Positions 10,972 through 23,487 of a DNA stretch of 35,613 nt are shown piece by piece. The translations under genes were made by a program, and so were the position numbers. Location: NCBI RefSeq assembly GCF_004010195.1, contig NC_057753.1, positions 10,503,159 through 10,538,771 of the forward strand. Direction: 5' to 3'. Under the pieces are notes generated by a model. It saw only the letters and a program-made list of their open reading frames with translations. It was not told where the DNA came from and searched no databases. This stretch comes from Chiloscyllium plagiosum. Its lineage: Eukaryota. Each line of letters opens with the position of its first letter. Within the stretch, counting starts at the first letter, position 1.

Positions 10972-12410
10972 TCATGGACCTGACGAGGGAGTCGCGGAGG
11001 GAGTGGTCTTTTCGGAACACTGATAGGGGAGGGGAGGGAAATATATCCCTGGTGATAGGGTCCGTTTGGAGGTGGCAGAAATGACGACGAATGATACGAT
11101 GTATATGGAGATTGGTGCGGTGGTAGGTGAGGACCAGTGGGGTTCTGTCCTGGTGGCGTCTGGAGGGGCGGGGCTCAAGGGCGGAGGAGTGGGAAGTGGA
11201 AGAGATGCGGTGGAGGGCACCGTCGACCACGTCGGGGGGGAAATTGGAGCAGGAAGTGGAGGAGATGCGGTGGAGAGCATCGTCGATCACGAGTGGGGTG
11301 AAATTGCTGTCTTTGAAGAAGGAGGTCATCTGGGTTGTTCGGTATTGGAACTGGTCCTCCTTGGAGCAGATGCGGCGGAGACGAAGGAATTGGGAATATG
11401 GGATTGCGTTTTTACAGGGGGCAGGGTGGGAGGAGGTGTAGTCGAGGTAGCTGTGGGAGTCTGTCGGTTTATAGTAAATGTCCGTGTTGATTCAGTCGCC
11501 CGAGACAGAAATAGAGGGGTCTAGGAAGGGGAGGGAGGAGTCTGAGACGGTCCAGGTAAATTTGAGGTCGGGGTGGAAGGTGTTGGTAAAGTGGATGAAC
11601 TGTTCAACCTCCTCGTGGGAGGCAGAATCCTGGTTGAAGAAGTTACAATTCTTCCGCCACCTTTGTCTCCGTGCCTACTTCAACCAGGACTCCCGCCCAC
11701 ACTCTGATGATCCCTTCTCCCGCCTCCAACACTCCCCATCTACCTGGACACCCCGTGCTGGCCTCTTACTTGCTCTCGATCTCTACATAGCCAACTGCCG
11801 CCGCGACATTAACCGCCTCAACTTCTCCACCCCTCTCACCCACTCCAACCTCTCACCCTCGCCGTGTCGAGGTAGGAGGAGATGAGTTCGGTTGGGCAGG
11901 AGCAGGCTGAGACGATGGGTCGTCCGGGGCAGTCAGGTTTGTGGATTTTGGGCAGGAGGTAGAAACGGGCAGTGCGGGGTTGTGGGACTATGAGGTTGGA
12001 GGCGGTGGATGGGAGATCCCCTGAGGTGATGAGGTTATGGACGGTCTGGGAGATGATGGTTTGGTGGTGGGAGGTGGGGTCATGGTCAAGGGGGCAGTAG
12101 GTGTTTGGCCAGCGGTGTAAAGGTCGGTGCGCCAAACTACTACTGCGCCTCCCTTATCTACCGGTTTAAAAGTGAGGTTGGGGTTGGAACGGAGGGAGTG
12201 GAGGGCTGCACATTCCGAGGGTGAGAGGTTGGAGTGGGTGAGAGGGGTGGAGAGGTTGAGGCGGTTAATGTCGCAGCAGCAGTTGGCTTATGAAGAGATC
12301 GAGGGCAGGTAAGAGGCCAGCACGGGGTGTCCAGGTGGATGGGGTGTGTTGGAGAGGGTGGGCGAGAATCCTGGTTGAAGAAGTAGGCGCGAAGGCGGCG
12401 GAAGAATTGT
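10972..12410. mobile_element. Scrambled Neptune-type PLE ORF fragments (RT N-terminus and thumb region) on both strands
   Basis: Peptides FYLLPKIHKPDCPGRPIVS (-), FFRHLCLRAYF (+) and TPLVLTYH...IFPSPPLSVFRKDHSLRDSLVRS (-); 11625-11860 and 12215-12410 are inverted copies. Confidence 0.85.
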
Positions 12411-12474
12411 TCGATGTACTAACCCTTGTTAACATGGGCATAGTTTGTTATTTGTGGAAGTATACTCAGCTATT

Positions 12475-12790
12475 TAGAGTCGCAGATGTGCGGCATGGAA
12501 ACAGACCTTTCCATCCTCCCATCCATGCTGACCAGATATCCTAAATTAATCTAGTCCCAAATTGCCAGCACTTGGCTTGTATCCCTCTGAACCCTTCCTA
12601 TTCATATACCCATCCAGATGCCTTTGAAACACTCAATTACACCAGCCTCCACCACTTCCTCTGGCAGATCATTCCATACACACACCACCCCTTGCTCTGC
12701 ATGGAGAAGTTGCCCCTTAAGTACCTTTTATTTTTCTGCTGTCACCCTAAACCTATGCCCTCTAGTTCTGAACTTCATCCCTACACTGGG
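12475..12790 (-). mobile_element. CR1 3' end (paralogue of 24595-24885)
   Basis: WNDLPEEVVEAG remnant. Confidence 0.75.
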
Positions 12791-12989
12791 GAAAAGACAA
12801 AAACGTTGAGCAGGCAGACAAATGCAAAAACAACAAAATGTCAAGCCACGTGGGGGAAAAAAAATTGTGGCTCTACCCTTTTATTCTCCCATTGGTATTT
12901 GGGCACTTAAAATCTGTCAGTAACAAGAGCATCGCCACAGAACATACTGTATACACTCCTCGATATCAACAAGTAGGGGGCATGTTCGC

Positions 12990-13270
12990 CTGTGTCACCA
13001 AAACATTGGGCATGTTCCTCGCTGTTGGCAGAAAGGGGCAAGATCTACTTTTGATGGACCAATAAGGAGCACTGGAGGACAGGAAGGAAACTTGTCCTCT
13101 TGCCAATTGTCCTCCCCTATTGTCTGAATGTGGAAGTTGAACCATGAGCTTCTGAAGCTCCTGCTCCTCTCTCTGTCTGAAAATTGAGCTTCACCCCAGA
13201 CTGCGACTTCCTTCCTCTGTCCAACATCTGAGAGTATAGCACACTCTTTTCTCGCCCCCTTTTCCATCTA
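12990..13270 (+). promoter_or_regulatory. Inverted degenerate promoter and first-exon module (copy 2)
   Basis: Reverse complement of the 24140-24420 module; donor mutated GT->GA at 13230-13231. Confidence 0.5.
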
Positions 13271-13389
13271 TGTTTCATTCTGGGGTTCAATTGTCGACTT
13301 GGAGCAACTGAAAGGAAAAGGAGTGAATGCAGGGTGGGGAACAGCCTCAGGAAAATTTGGTCCAGGTCTGTGTCTCAATTGGCAAAATA

Positions 13390-13880
13390 GACAGGCAGCA
13401 TCAGGAGTCGACATTTTGGATGTAACCCTTGTTCAGGACTGGTGTGGGTGTAGGGAGAGCTGCAGAACAAGGGTGTGCTGGGGGCAGGGTGGTGAAGTGG
13501 GGATAGGTGGAGACAGATAGAGGGTATGACCTGGTTAGTCAATGGGAGGAACAAATCTAGTTGATGGCAGGGAGGAGTGGAAAGGAGGTGGAGGGCTGGG
13601 AAGGGAGTTGGGGGATGGGAAGGGAGGTAATTTGAAATTGGAGAACTCAATGTTGAGTCCTCCGAGCTGTAGGCCGCCTGGGTGGAAGATGTGGTGTTGT
13701 TCCTCCAATTTGTGGTTTGGTTCGTTGTGGAAGTGGTCAAAGATAGTCATGTCAGAAACGGAGTGGGAAGGGAATTAAAATGGGTGGTGACTGGGAGGTC
13801 CGGTCGGCCTCTGCGGATCCTGCTGGGATGCTCCGTTCCCCAAGTTTATGATCGGTTTCCCTAATGTAGAGAAGACCATA
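13390..13880 (-). mobile_element. Neptune-type PLE 3' fragment, paralogue of 23488-24035
   Basis: KLEEQHHIFHPGGLQLGGLNIEFSNFK peptide; pLTR with decayed hammerhead. Confidence 0.75.
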
Positions 13881-14699
13881 GTTAGCAAATACAGTACCCC
13901 AATGTGAAGTTATAGCCTTTGCTGTGGAAAAAAAAGCAGAAAGGAGGTGTATTGTTTAAATGGTGATATATTTGGGTGTGGACAAAGTGAAGACTGGAAA
14001 CCAGAGTCAAAATGTGTGGTGCTGGAAAAGCACAGCAGGTCAAGCAGCATCCTAGGAGCAGAAGAGTCAAAGTTTCTGGCACGAGCCCTTCATCAGGAAC
14101 GATGTGTGGATGTCCGAAGGGGTGGCAGCGTCCTTCTGTGCCAGTTGTCAGATAAGTGCAGTAGGCAATGAGCAAGACAAGTGGTGTATTAGCAAGAGGA
14201 ATTGAGTTTAGAAGTGGGGATGTCTTCCTGCAGTTAGGGGGACATTGAATATATTCAAGGCTGAGTTCGTCTGATTTTTGAACAACAAAGAAGTGGATGT
14301 TTATGGGGAAAGGCAAGAAAATTGTTTTAAGACCGGTACAGAACAGTTACAGAGTCAAACCCTTTTGCACCCTCTCCAAAGCATCCACATCCTTTTGGAA
14401 ATCTGGCGACCGGAATTGTACGCAGTATTCCAAATGTGGCCGAACCAAAATCTTATACTACGTGACCTGCCAACTCTTGTACTCAATACTCCATCCAATG
14501 ATGGAAAGCATGCTGTATGCCACCTTGACCAGTTCTTTTTTTCCACAACAAAGGCTACAACTTCACACTGTCGAACTGCATTTGCCATGTGTTTGCTAAT
14601 TGAGGCACAGACCTAGACCAACATTTCCTGACTCTGTCCCCTCCCTGGATACACCACCTTTCTTTTCAGTTGCTGCAAGTCAACAATTGAACCCCAGAA

Positions 14700-14960
14700 T
14701 GAAACATAAATGGAAAAGGGGGTGAGAAAGTACTATACTCACAGATGGTGGATAGAGGAAGGAAGTTGTCATCTGGGGTGGAGATCAATCTTCGTGCAGA
14801 GAGAGAGGAGCAGCAGCTTAAGTAGTTAACCTTCCACATTCAGTCAATAGGGGGGCTCTGATTGGCAGGAGGACCAGGCTCCTTGCGGTCCTCCCTGGCC
14901 TCTCATTGGTCCATTGGAAGAATGATTCACACCGTTTCTGCAGACAACGAAGAGAATGGT
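14700..14960 (-). promoter_or_regulatory. Degenerate promoter and first-exon module (copy 3)
   Basis: Aligns to copies 1 and 4. Donor intact (14742-14741), ATTGG at 14861 and 14905, ETS cores mutated. Confidence 0.5.
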
Positions 14961-14964
14961 AAAT

Positions 14965-15280
14965 CTTTACTGAACCCTCTCTAATAGAATTCTTCCTATT
15001 ACAGGGCCACCAGAACTGTTCTCAGTACTCTAAAACTGGCCTCATCAACATCCTGTACAACCTAAACATGATGTCCCAACTCCTCTACTCAAATGGTGTG
15101 AACAATTAAGGTAAGTTTGCTGAATGCCTTCTTAGCCAACCTCCCAACCTGTGATGCAACTTTCAATGAACTATGTGCCTGAACCTCCCCATATCCCTTT
15201 GTTCTACGACACAACCCAGGGCCCTAACATTAACTGTACAAGTCCTGCCTGCACTTATTTTAGCAAAATACAACCCCTTG
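14965..15280 (-). mobile_element. CR1 RT fragment
   Basis: Homologous to 29260-29560 and, inverted, to 8640-9100. Confidence 0.7.
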
Positions 15281-15299
15281 CTTTTATCTATACCTTGCT

Positions 15300-15675
15300 C
15301 ATACGCACGCTCTCTCTCAGACACCACCCCCCCCGCCCCCAAACACTCCCTCTCACAGGCTTATACTCCATCACACTCACTTTACCAAGCATGCGCGCAC
15401 ACTGTCTTACACCCACTTCCACATATAAGGACGTATAATTTGCATTTGCAAAATTATATTTGCAGATACATTCAATTTTGCTCAAAAAGCGCACAAACTG
15501 CAGACAGTCAATCCATGTAATTTTATGTTGCATAATACTGTGATCTTTTGCTATAAAATCTGTCTTATGATCCTGCACCACAGCTACCCGACAAAGGAGC
15601 AGCACTCCAAAAGCTAGTGCTTCCAAATAAACTTGTTGGACTATAACCTGATGTTGTGTGATTTTTAACTTTGTC
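15300..15675 (+). mobile_element. PLE-like family B 3' region
   Basis: Same terminal sequence as 28140-28228, with a mutated hammerhead core. Confidence 0.6.
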
Positions 15676-15928
15676 TAACCAACACCAGCACCTTCACCTC
15701 GTCTCTAGTAAACACAGCCCATACCTCCCGGTGCTGCCAGTAAGCTGCCGATGAAACGATGCAGTACCTGCACTCCTGAAAAATTTACAATTTCTAACGA
15801 AATTATCTACTCATTCACTGCTCCATCTGATCCACGACACTGGAAACAGTGCAGGAAGCTGAAAGAAATGAGCAGTTTTAAAACAAAAACTTCTTGGAGT
15901 CTGAGTCCGGCAGTAAGTTCAGGTAACC

Positions 15929-15934
15929 TTTATT
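15929..15934 (-). promoter_or_regulatory. Candidate poly(A) signal AATAAA for ZNF-B
   Basis: Conserved at the homologous position downstream of ZNF-C (30536-30541). Confidence 0.4.
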
Positions 15935-16474
15935 GTGACCCAACTTTGTTACAGCTTCAGATCCCCCCAGCAAAAGGTGTAAAAAAAAAAAGCAACTGTC
16001 AAAGCGCGCGCACACACACACCCACCCCACCTCACTTTCTTTGCTATTGGTCAGCACAGAGTTGTCCCTTTATAATTGGATCCTTTGTGCAGTCATAACC
16101 TGGAGGAAGTACTGCCTCACTCAGCAATTTCAACCCATACCTTGTCTCCAAGTAAGTTTCTCTCTGCGCATTTGCAGGTGGGGTGTGGGGGCAGACGGGC
16201 AGTGTAGAGTCAACCACACTGCTGTGTCTGGACTCACGTGCAGGCAAGACCGGATAAAGGATGCAGCTAGGTTGACTGAGTGAATCCTTTCCCACTACGG
16301 CAGTTTCCTTCCCTAAAAAGGACATGAGTGAATCAGATGGGGGTTTTCTCCCACCACCACCCCCCACCTGCCCAGAAAATGGTTTCATTGTTACATTCTG
16401 AACAAATTCAAACCTGGGGCTCCCTGGAACTGAGTTGATAGTCCAGTTGATTGTGGCACTCGGCCGTACCTCCT

Positions 16475-17191
16475 TCAGTTTCCCTGCAATGGCACATGAA
16501 CCCGCTGGTGCCTCCGCAGGTGAGAGGACTGGGTAAAGCCCTTCCCGCACTCAGGGCAGCTAAAGGGCCTCTCCCCCGTGTGAACGCGCCGGTGCCTCAA
16601 GAGTGCAGAGGTCTGTGTAAATCCCTTCCTGCACTCGGGGCAGCTGAAGGGCCTCTCCCCGGAGTGGACCCGCTGGTGTGTCAGCAGGGCGAAGGCCTGC
16701 GTAAAGCCCTTCCCGCACTCCGGGCAGCTAAAGGGCCTCTCCCCCGTGTGGACTCGCCAGTGTATCAGCAGGGTGGAGGCCTGGGTAAAGCCCTTCGCGC
16801 ACTCGGGACAGCTGAAAGGCCTCTCCCCGGTGTGTACCCGCTGGTGGGTCAGGAGGGCGGAGGAATTGCTGAAAGCCTTCCCGCACTCGGGGCAGGGGAA
16901 TGGCCTCTCCCCCGTGTGGACACGCTGGTGCCTTAGCAGGGCAGAAGAATTGCTGAAGGCCTTCCCGCACTCGGGGCAGCTGAAGGGCCTCTCCCCCGTG
17001 TGGATCCGCTGGTGGGCCAGCAGGTGGGATGAATTGCTGAAGCCCTTCCCGCACTCGGGGCAAGAAAATGGCCTCTCCCCGGTGTGACTGCGCCGATGAG
17101 TCTCCAGGACAGACGGGGCACAGAAGCCTTTCCCGCAGTCGCCACACTTCCATGGTTTCTCCATGGGGCAGGATTCCTCAGGTTTTTCCAT
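16475..17191 (-). CDS. Tandem C2H2 zinc-finger protein ZNF-B (238 aa; 8 fingers)
   Basis: Eight C2H2 fingers with TGERP linkers (one SGERP). First ATG at 17191 is in strong Kozak context (gccATGG); the track start at 17215 is TTG. Confidence 0.9.
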   Translation of the reverse strand: MEKPEESCPMEKPWKCGDCGKGFCAPSVLETHRRSHTGERPFSCPECGKGFSNSSHLLAHQRIHTGERPFSCPECGKAFSNSSALLRHQRVHTGERPFPCPECGKAFSNSSALLTHQRVHTGERPFSCPECAKGFTQASTLLIHWRVHTGERPFSCPECGKGFTQAFALLTHQRVHSGERPFSCPECRKGFTQTSALLRHRRVHTGERPFSCPECGKGFTQSSHLRRHQRVHVPLQGN

Positions 17192-17584
17192 GGCCGAAGC
17201 TTCAGCCGCACACAAACACGTGTAGAATCCCTCCCCGGCGTGAATTCATTTCAAGCTGTATAACCGTTTCAGGCTCCACACAGTGCGCTCTCTCATCCAG
17301 TCCCACGGATGCTGAAATCGTACTGAAACAGGAACCAAAATGCTTTGCTCCTTCTCACTGAATCATAGTTGAAAACCGTTGTGGTCCCGATGGATTGAGT
17401 GACTGTCAGACATTGATGTCAAAGCAAGGTCTACAGACACTGGAGAGCCAGAGTTGAAAAGTGCGGCGCTGGAAAAGCACAGCAGGTCAGGCAGCTGCTC
17501 AGAGGAGCAGGAGAGTCTACGGTTACAGGCCTCAGTCCTTCACCTGTTGATTTTGAAACTTCCGTCTTCAGATCTTCAAATACT

Positions 17585-17822
17585 CTGTAAAAAGAGACTA
17601 TAAAAGTCAATGTCAGTCCAGGGTATAAAAGAAAAGATAAAGTAAAAACAGAAAAGAGATCTACTCCACTTCCTTCCCAATCTCTATCCTTCCGTCCCTC
17701 CTGGGTAATTAAGACAAATACCTGAGTTTGCAGAGTCTGCTCTCTCCCTTGATTCACTCTGGTTGCTTCAAGTAAACAGATTTCACCCCACCTTTCCCTC
17801 TCTGTCTCTCTCTCTCTCTCCA
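17585..17822 (-). other. Putative 5' UTR exon (about 17822-17722) and short intron (17721-17585) of ZNF-B
   Basis: Homologous to 33990-34090; donor cag|GTATTT, acceptor tctttttacAG at 17586-17585. Upstream sequence is CR1. Confidence 0.55.
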
Positions 17823-17844
17823 AGGATGAAGAGTTACCCAAAGG

Positions 17845-19058
17845 GACCGATCAGATATCCCAATCTAGTCCCACCTGCCAGTACATGGCCCATATCCCCC
17901 CAGTTGCCTCTTAAATGTTGCAATTGTACCAGCCTCCACCACTTCCTCTGGCAGCTCATTCCTTACACGTACCACCCTCTCCGTGAAAACATTGCCCCTT
18001 ACGTCTCTTTTATATCTTTTCCCTCTCACCTGAAACCTATGCCCTCTAGTTCTGGACTCCCCGATCCCAGGGAAAAGACTTTGCCTATTTATCATATCCA
18101 CGCCCCTCATGATTTTATAAACCTCTATAAGGTCACCCCTCAGCCTCCGACACTCCAGGGAACAGTCCTTGCCTATTCGTCCTCTCCCTATAGCTCAAAT
18201 CCTCTAACCCCGGCAACATCCTTGTAAATCTTTTCTGAACCCTTCCAAGTTTTACATCTTTCCGATAGGAAGGAGACCAGAATTGCACGCAATATTCCAA
18301 CAGTGCCTAACCAATGTCCTGTACAGCCGCAACATGTCCTCCCAACTCCCGTACTTGATACTCTGACCAATAAAGGAAAGCATACCAAACGCCTTCTTCA
18401 CTATCCTATCTACCTGTGACTCCACTTTCAAGGAGCTATGAACCTGTATTCCAAGGTCTCTTGGACCTTACCATTAAGTGTATAAGTCCTGCTAAGATTT
18501 GCTTTCCCAAAAAGCAGCATCTCACGTGTATCTAAATTAAACTCCAGTTGCCACTTGTCAGCCCATTGGCTTATCTGATCAAGATCCCATCATAATCTGA
18601 GGTAACCTTCTTTGCTATCCACTACACCTCCAATTTTGGTGTCATCACCAAATTTACTAACTATATCTAGTTAGTATAGTATTTTGGGTGGCACGGTGGT
18701 TAGTACTGCTGCCTCACAGCGCCAGAGACCCCAGGTTCAATTCCCATCTCAGGTGACTGTCGGAGTTTGCACGCTCTCCCCATGTCTGCGTGGGTTTCCT
18801 CCGGGTGCTCCGGTTTCCTCCCACAATCCAAAGATGTGCAGGTTAGGTGAATTGGCCATGCTAAATTGCCCGTAGTGTTAGGTGAATGGGGTAAATGTAG
18901 GGGAATAGATCTGGGTGGGTTGCGTTTCGGCGGGTCAGTGTGGACTTGTTGGGCCGAAGGGCCTGTTTCCACACTTAAGTAATCTAATCTAATCTAATCA
19001 TACCTCTTATGCTCACATCCAAATCATTTATATAAATGACAAAAAGTAGTGGGCCCAT
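17845..19058 (-). mobile_element. CR1 3' portion interrupted by a SINE
   Basis: MGPLLFVIYINDLD (RT motif) and RTRGHRFQVRG...VRNELPEEVVEAG. Confidence 0.88.
18686..18999 (+). mobile_element. V-SINE (HE1-like) nested in CR1
   Basis: A-box deletion, B box, V-domain and (AATCT)n tail; CR1 continues on both sides. Confidence 0.85.
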
Positions 19059-19229
19059 TATCAAAGTGGAATTTACAAAATATATTATGTATTGACTGCC
19101 TACAGATTGTGCAGTTTTTGAGCAAAGTAGAATGTATCTGCAAACATCAGGCTGCAAGTACAAAATCACCCCCATGGACTTGCGTGTGTGTGTTTAGCAA
19201 GGTCTATTTCCTTGCTAAATATTTCTATG

Positions 19230-19470
19230 TCTATTTGATAACTTTTCACTACCCTGTGATCAGTGCTTTGATTAGCAGTGCCAACCCTCTACCTTTACCT
19301 AGCTTCCCATTTGACTATCCCCTCAATATTCAGGATCCAATCCTTGTCATCCTGAAGCCATGTCTCTGTAAGGAGTCTCAGATCATAATTATTCACTTCA
19401 ATGTGTGCAGTCAATCCACTCACTTTTGTTTCAATGCAGCGCACATTCAGACACACAGTTTTTAGTTTCA
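19230..19470 (-). mobile_element. CR1 ORF2 N-terminal APE endonuclease remnant
   Basis: Minus strand LKTVCLNVRCIETKV and ETWLQDDKDWILNIEG. Confidence 0.65.
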
Positions 19471-19674
19471 ATTTTTGTGATCCTTAGAATCCAGTTTTGA
19501 TTGCTGGTTTATTTACTCTCCTTGTCCCTTTCTATCATTCTCTGGATGTTCATTTTCCACATCACTACATTGCTTGCTGGTCTTGATTTACATTGGCCAT
19601 GCTAAATTGCCCACAGCGTTCAGGGATGCACAGGTTAGGTGGGTTAGCCATAGGAAATGCAGGCTTATAATTTC

Positions 19675-20430
19675 ATAGTAATAGAAGCAGGAAAAGGCCA
19701 TTTGGCCCGTCCAGCCTGCTCTGCCATTCATTGAAGCTCCTCCTTGCTGCATTATCCCAATCATGCAAAACCCATCCAACTGTGCCTTGAATATACTTCA
19801 TGAAGCTGCCTCTACTGCTTCCTTTGGCAGAGAATTCCATAGATTCACTACTCTCCAGGAAAAGCAATTCCTCCTCATCTCTGTCCTAAATCTACTCCCC
19901 CTAATTTTGAGGCCTAGTCAAATCCACCAGCAGAAATGACTGGATAGAGGAGTGCTTCATCCCCACAGTGCAATGAATTCCCACTTTCCACCTCAGTTGC
20001 TGTCTCACAAATGAGAGATTTCATTGCAACTTATTCTGCTCCCAGTAGGGGCAAAACATCTTGGAAAGTCTTCACAACCACACTTCTGCTTTCACCAAAG
20101 ACGATAGAGTCATACATCGTGGAAACAAGCTGTTAGTCCAAGTCGTTGTACTGACCAGATATCCCAAATTATTGAGTTCCTTTTGCCAGCATTTGGCCCA
20201 TATCCCTCTATTCATGTACTCATCCAGGTGCCTTTTAAATATTGTCATTGTACCAGCCTCCGCACTTCCTCTGGCAGCTCTTTCCAGACATGCGTTGCCT
20301 CTCAGGTCCCTTTCCCTACTCTCCTTAAACCTATTCCCCTCTCGTTCTGGACTCCCCTACCCTGTGGAAAAGACCTTGGGTATTCAGCCTATCCATGCCC
20401 CTAACAACCTTATCAAAGTTTATAAAAGTA
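19675..20430 (-). mobile_element. Two CR1 3'-end fragments (about 19675-19930 and 20105-20430)
   Basis: VVNLWNSLP-type remnants and CR1 tails. Confidence 0.6.
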
Positions 20431-21279
20431 CAGATTTGAGATGACCCAGGGAATTCAACCTGTAAGTCCCTCTTGGTTCGTCCCGGAGATTGTACTCTTT
20501 GGGAGTCTGGAATAAAAGAAACCTGTTACAGACAGTTTAGTTTAATTTTAGTCACTTACCAATAGCATCACTGATACAACATAACACTGATACTGAGAAG
20601 CTAAACTAACTAGGTTCTAATAACCCAGGAGAGTAGGATATCAGTCTTCAAGACCCTGGCATGCTACTTTGCTGTACTGTCTCAAACATACTTCCTTTAT
20701 ACAAAAGGTTTACAAACAACATAACAGTAGAAGACAATAATTCATAAGGGAGAAAACTGAATTGACAGATCTGCGTGCGCTTGACTGATCACTCCTACAG
20801 GCCTTGAGCTGTCCGTCAGGTGGGAAAAACAAATCCAGCCGAGTTAGGTGTCTGCTGACGAGATAAGTTCCTATAAAGAAGTACCAGTCTAAATTAAGTG
20901 GGAGATGGCATAAGGTAACATTGCATAGCTCACATATCTGATACAATTGTTTTACAAAATGGCGTCTTAGCACGGAGGGCAAACTTTTGACTATAAAATG
21001 GCTTCCTGACATACTGTGTCAGAATCTCTTCAATGTTAGGTTTAGAATAATTTTAAGCTGGGAGCAGACTCCTGCTTTTTATCTTAAGCACGGAATCATT
21101 TTGTACCCGAGGCTGAAATGTTACTGTAAAGTTGCATTTAAACTGATTCATTAGTCTCAAATTAAACATGCTTTCTTTTCAGGGTTGTGATTCAAATTCA
21201 AATAAGACATAAGATCTGATTAGTTAGAATTGACAGTGGGGCAGTCTGGGAGGTCTGTAGAGTGGTGTGCAAGCACCAG

Positions 21280-21955
21280 CATGGAAACAGACCCTTCGGC
21301 CCAACTCATCCATGCTGATCAGATATCCAAAATTAATCTAGTTCCATTTGCTGGCATTTGGCCCATATCCCTCTAAACCCTTCCTATTCATGGACCCATC
21401 CCGATGCCATTTAAATGTGACCATTGTACCAGCCTCCACCACTTCCTCTGGCAGCTCATTCCATCACGCACCACTGTCTGTGTGATAACGTTGCCCCTCA
21501 GGTCCCTTTCCCCTTAAACCTCACCTTAAACCTATGCCCCTCGAGCTCGGACACCCCCACCCTGGGAAAAAGACTTTGGGTATTCACCTGATTCATGCCC
21601 TTTAAAACTTCGATAAGGTCACCCCTCAGCCTCCCGGTGCTCCAGGGAAAATTATTCCTGGCCTATTCAGCCTCTCCCCTGTAGCACAAACCCACCAACA
21701 TGATCTCCCAACTCCTATTCTCAATGCTCTGACTAATGAAGGAAAGCATAGGAAATGCCTTCTTCACTATCCTATCTACCTGCGACTCCACTTTCAAGGA
21801 ACTATGAACCTGAACTCCAAGGTCTCTTTGTTCTGCAATACTCCCCTTAAGTGTGTTGGTCATGCCTGGATTGCTGGATCAAAATGCAAACCTCTCATAT
21901 CTCTAAATTAAACTCCATCTGCCAGTCCTCGGCCCATTGGCCCATCCAATCAATT
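21280..21955 (-). mobile_element. CR1 3' portion
   Basis: QRDLGVQVHSSLKVESQVDRIVKKAF. Confidence 0.8.
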
Positions 21956-22104
21956 CTAATTTAGAGTGAACTCTCTTATTCCCTGGAAGCTGAAAATCTC
22001 CATCCGACACACTCCCCCTCCATTCTCACTTTGTTGAACCTTATCCCTGCTGTACCTCATCCTGAAGGGTCTAGTTCATGCTAATTAACAGGCCCACACT
22101 TGGG

Positions 22105-22990
22105 GGGGATCTAATTGAAACATACAGAATCTGAACAGCCTAGACAGGGTGGATGTTGGGAAAATGCTTCCACTGGCAGGAGAGACTAGGATCTGAGGGC
22201 ACAGCTTTAGAGTAAAGGGAAGACCTTTCAGAACGGAGATAAGGATGAACTTCTTCAGCCAATGAGTGGTGAATCCGTGGAATCCATTGCCAACGAATGC
22301 TGTGGAGGCCAGGTCACTGAGGATATTTAAGACTGAGCTAGATAGGTTCTTGAATATCAAGGAGATTGAGGGTTATGGGGAGAAAGCTGGAGAATGGGTT
22401 TGAGAAACTGATCAGCCACGCCCAAATAGTAAGAACAGACCTGATGGACTAAATGGCCTAATTTCTTATCCTATGTCTTATGGGCTCTTGCTGTCCTGGA
22501 CACAGTGAGAGAATTGGGAGCAAGAGTAGGTCATTTGGTCTTTCAAGCCTGCACCAGCATTGAACATCTAGGTGGATGGCTGAGACTTTTTCACTGGAGC
22601 ACAGGAGGTTGAGAGGTGACCTGAAACAGGTTTAAAAACCATGAGGGGTATAGATGAGGTAGAATAGCAGGTGCTGTTTCCTTTGTGTGGGGGTCTAAAG
22701 ATTAGGGAGCAAATTTTTAAGATGAGAGGAGAAAGATTTTAAAAAGATTTCAAAATATATTTTAAAAAAAAGAGATGAGCTTTTTTTGAGACTGGTGTGT
22801 GTGGAATGAATGCCCAGAGGATGCAGGTACAGTTACAACTCTTAAAAGACATTTGGAGAATTACATGAATAGGAAAGATTTAGAGGGACATGGGCCAAAA
22901 ACTGGCAGGTGGGACAAGTTTCGTTTGAGAACAAGTCAGCACAGACTAGTTGGACTGAAGGGTCTGTTTCTGTGCTGTATGACTCTGTAA
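22105..22990 (+). mobile_element. Clustered CR1 3' fragments (about 22105-22485 and 22570-22990)
   Basis: WNPLP..AVEA and WNECPEDAGTVTTLKRHLE remnants. Confidence 0.75.
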
Positions 22991-23246
22991 CTGTTTTATA
23001 CTGGTCTTAAAACTATTTTCTCGCTATCCCCCATAATCACTCACTCCTTTGTTGTTCAAAAATCAGATGAATTCAGCCTTGAATACATTCAATGACCCCC
23101 TAACTGCAGGAAGACATTCCCATTTCTGAACTCAATTCCTCTTCCTAATATACCACTTGCCTTGCTGATTGCTTGCTGCACCTGTCTGACAACTGGCAGT
23201 GACTGGTGCAGAAGGACGCTGAGGTCCCTTTGTACATCCACACATC

Positions 23247-23377
23247 ATTCCTGAACAAGGGCCCATGCCCGAAATGTCAACTTTCCTGCTCCTCGGATGC
23301 TGCTTGACCTGCTGTGCTTTTCCACTGCCAAACTTTTTGACTCTGATCTCCAGCATTTGCAGTTCTCACTTTCTCCT
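23247..23377 (+). mobile_element. Solo pLTR with mutated hammerhead (paralogue at about 13985-14100, minus strand)
   Basis: attcCTGAACAagggcccatgcccGAAAtgtc followed by the ggatgctgc...ccagcat pLTR tail. Confidence 0.7.
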
Positions 23378-23487
23378 CATCCCAATATATCACCATTTAA
23401 ACAATACAACTCTATCCTGCTTTTTTTCACATCAAAGGCTGTACCTGCACATTTGTGGTACTGCATTTGCCATGTGTTTGCCAATTG

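Larger units (their letters stand above)
12475..14357. repeat. Segmental duplication: inverted copy of about 22975-24885
   Basis: Colinear unique and TE sequence in reverse complement (e.g. 12800-12915 vs 24470-24590; 14240-14357 vs 22975-23095). Confidence 0.8.
14965..17822. repeat. ZNF-B cassette, a direct paralogue of the ZNF-C cassette (about 29260-34100)
   Basis: Shared CR1/PLE junction, 3' flank (15700-16340 vs 30300-30960), 5' UTR (17250-17625 vs 32745-33120) and first exon. Confidence 0.85.
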
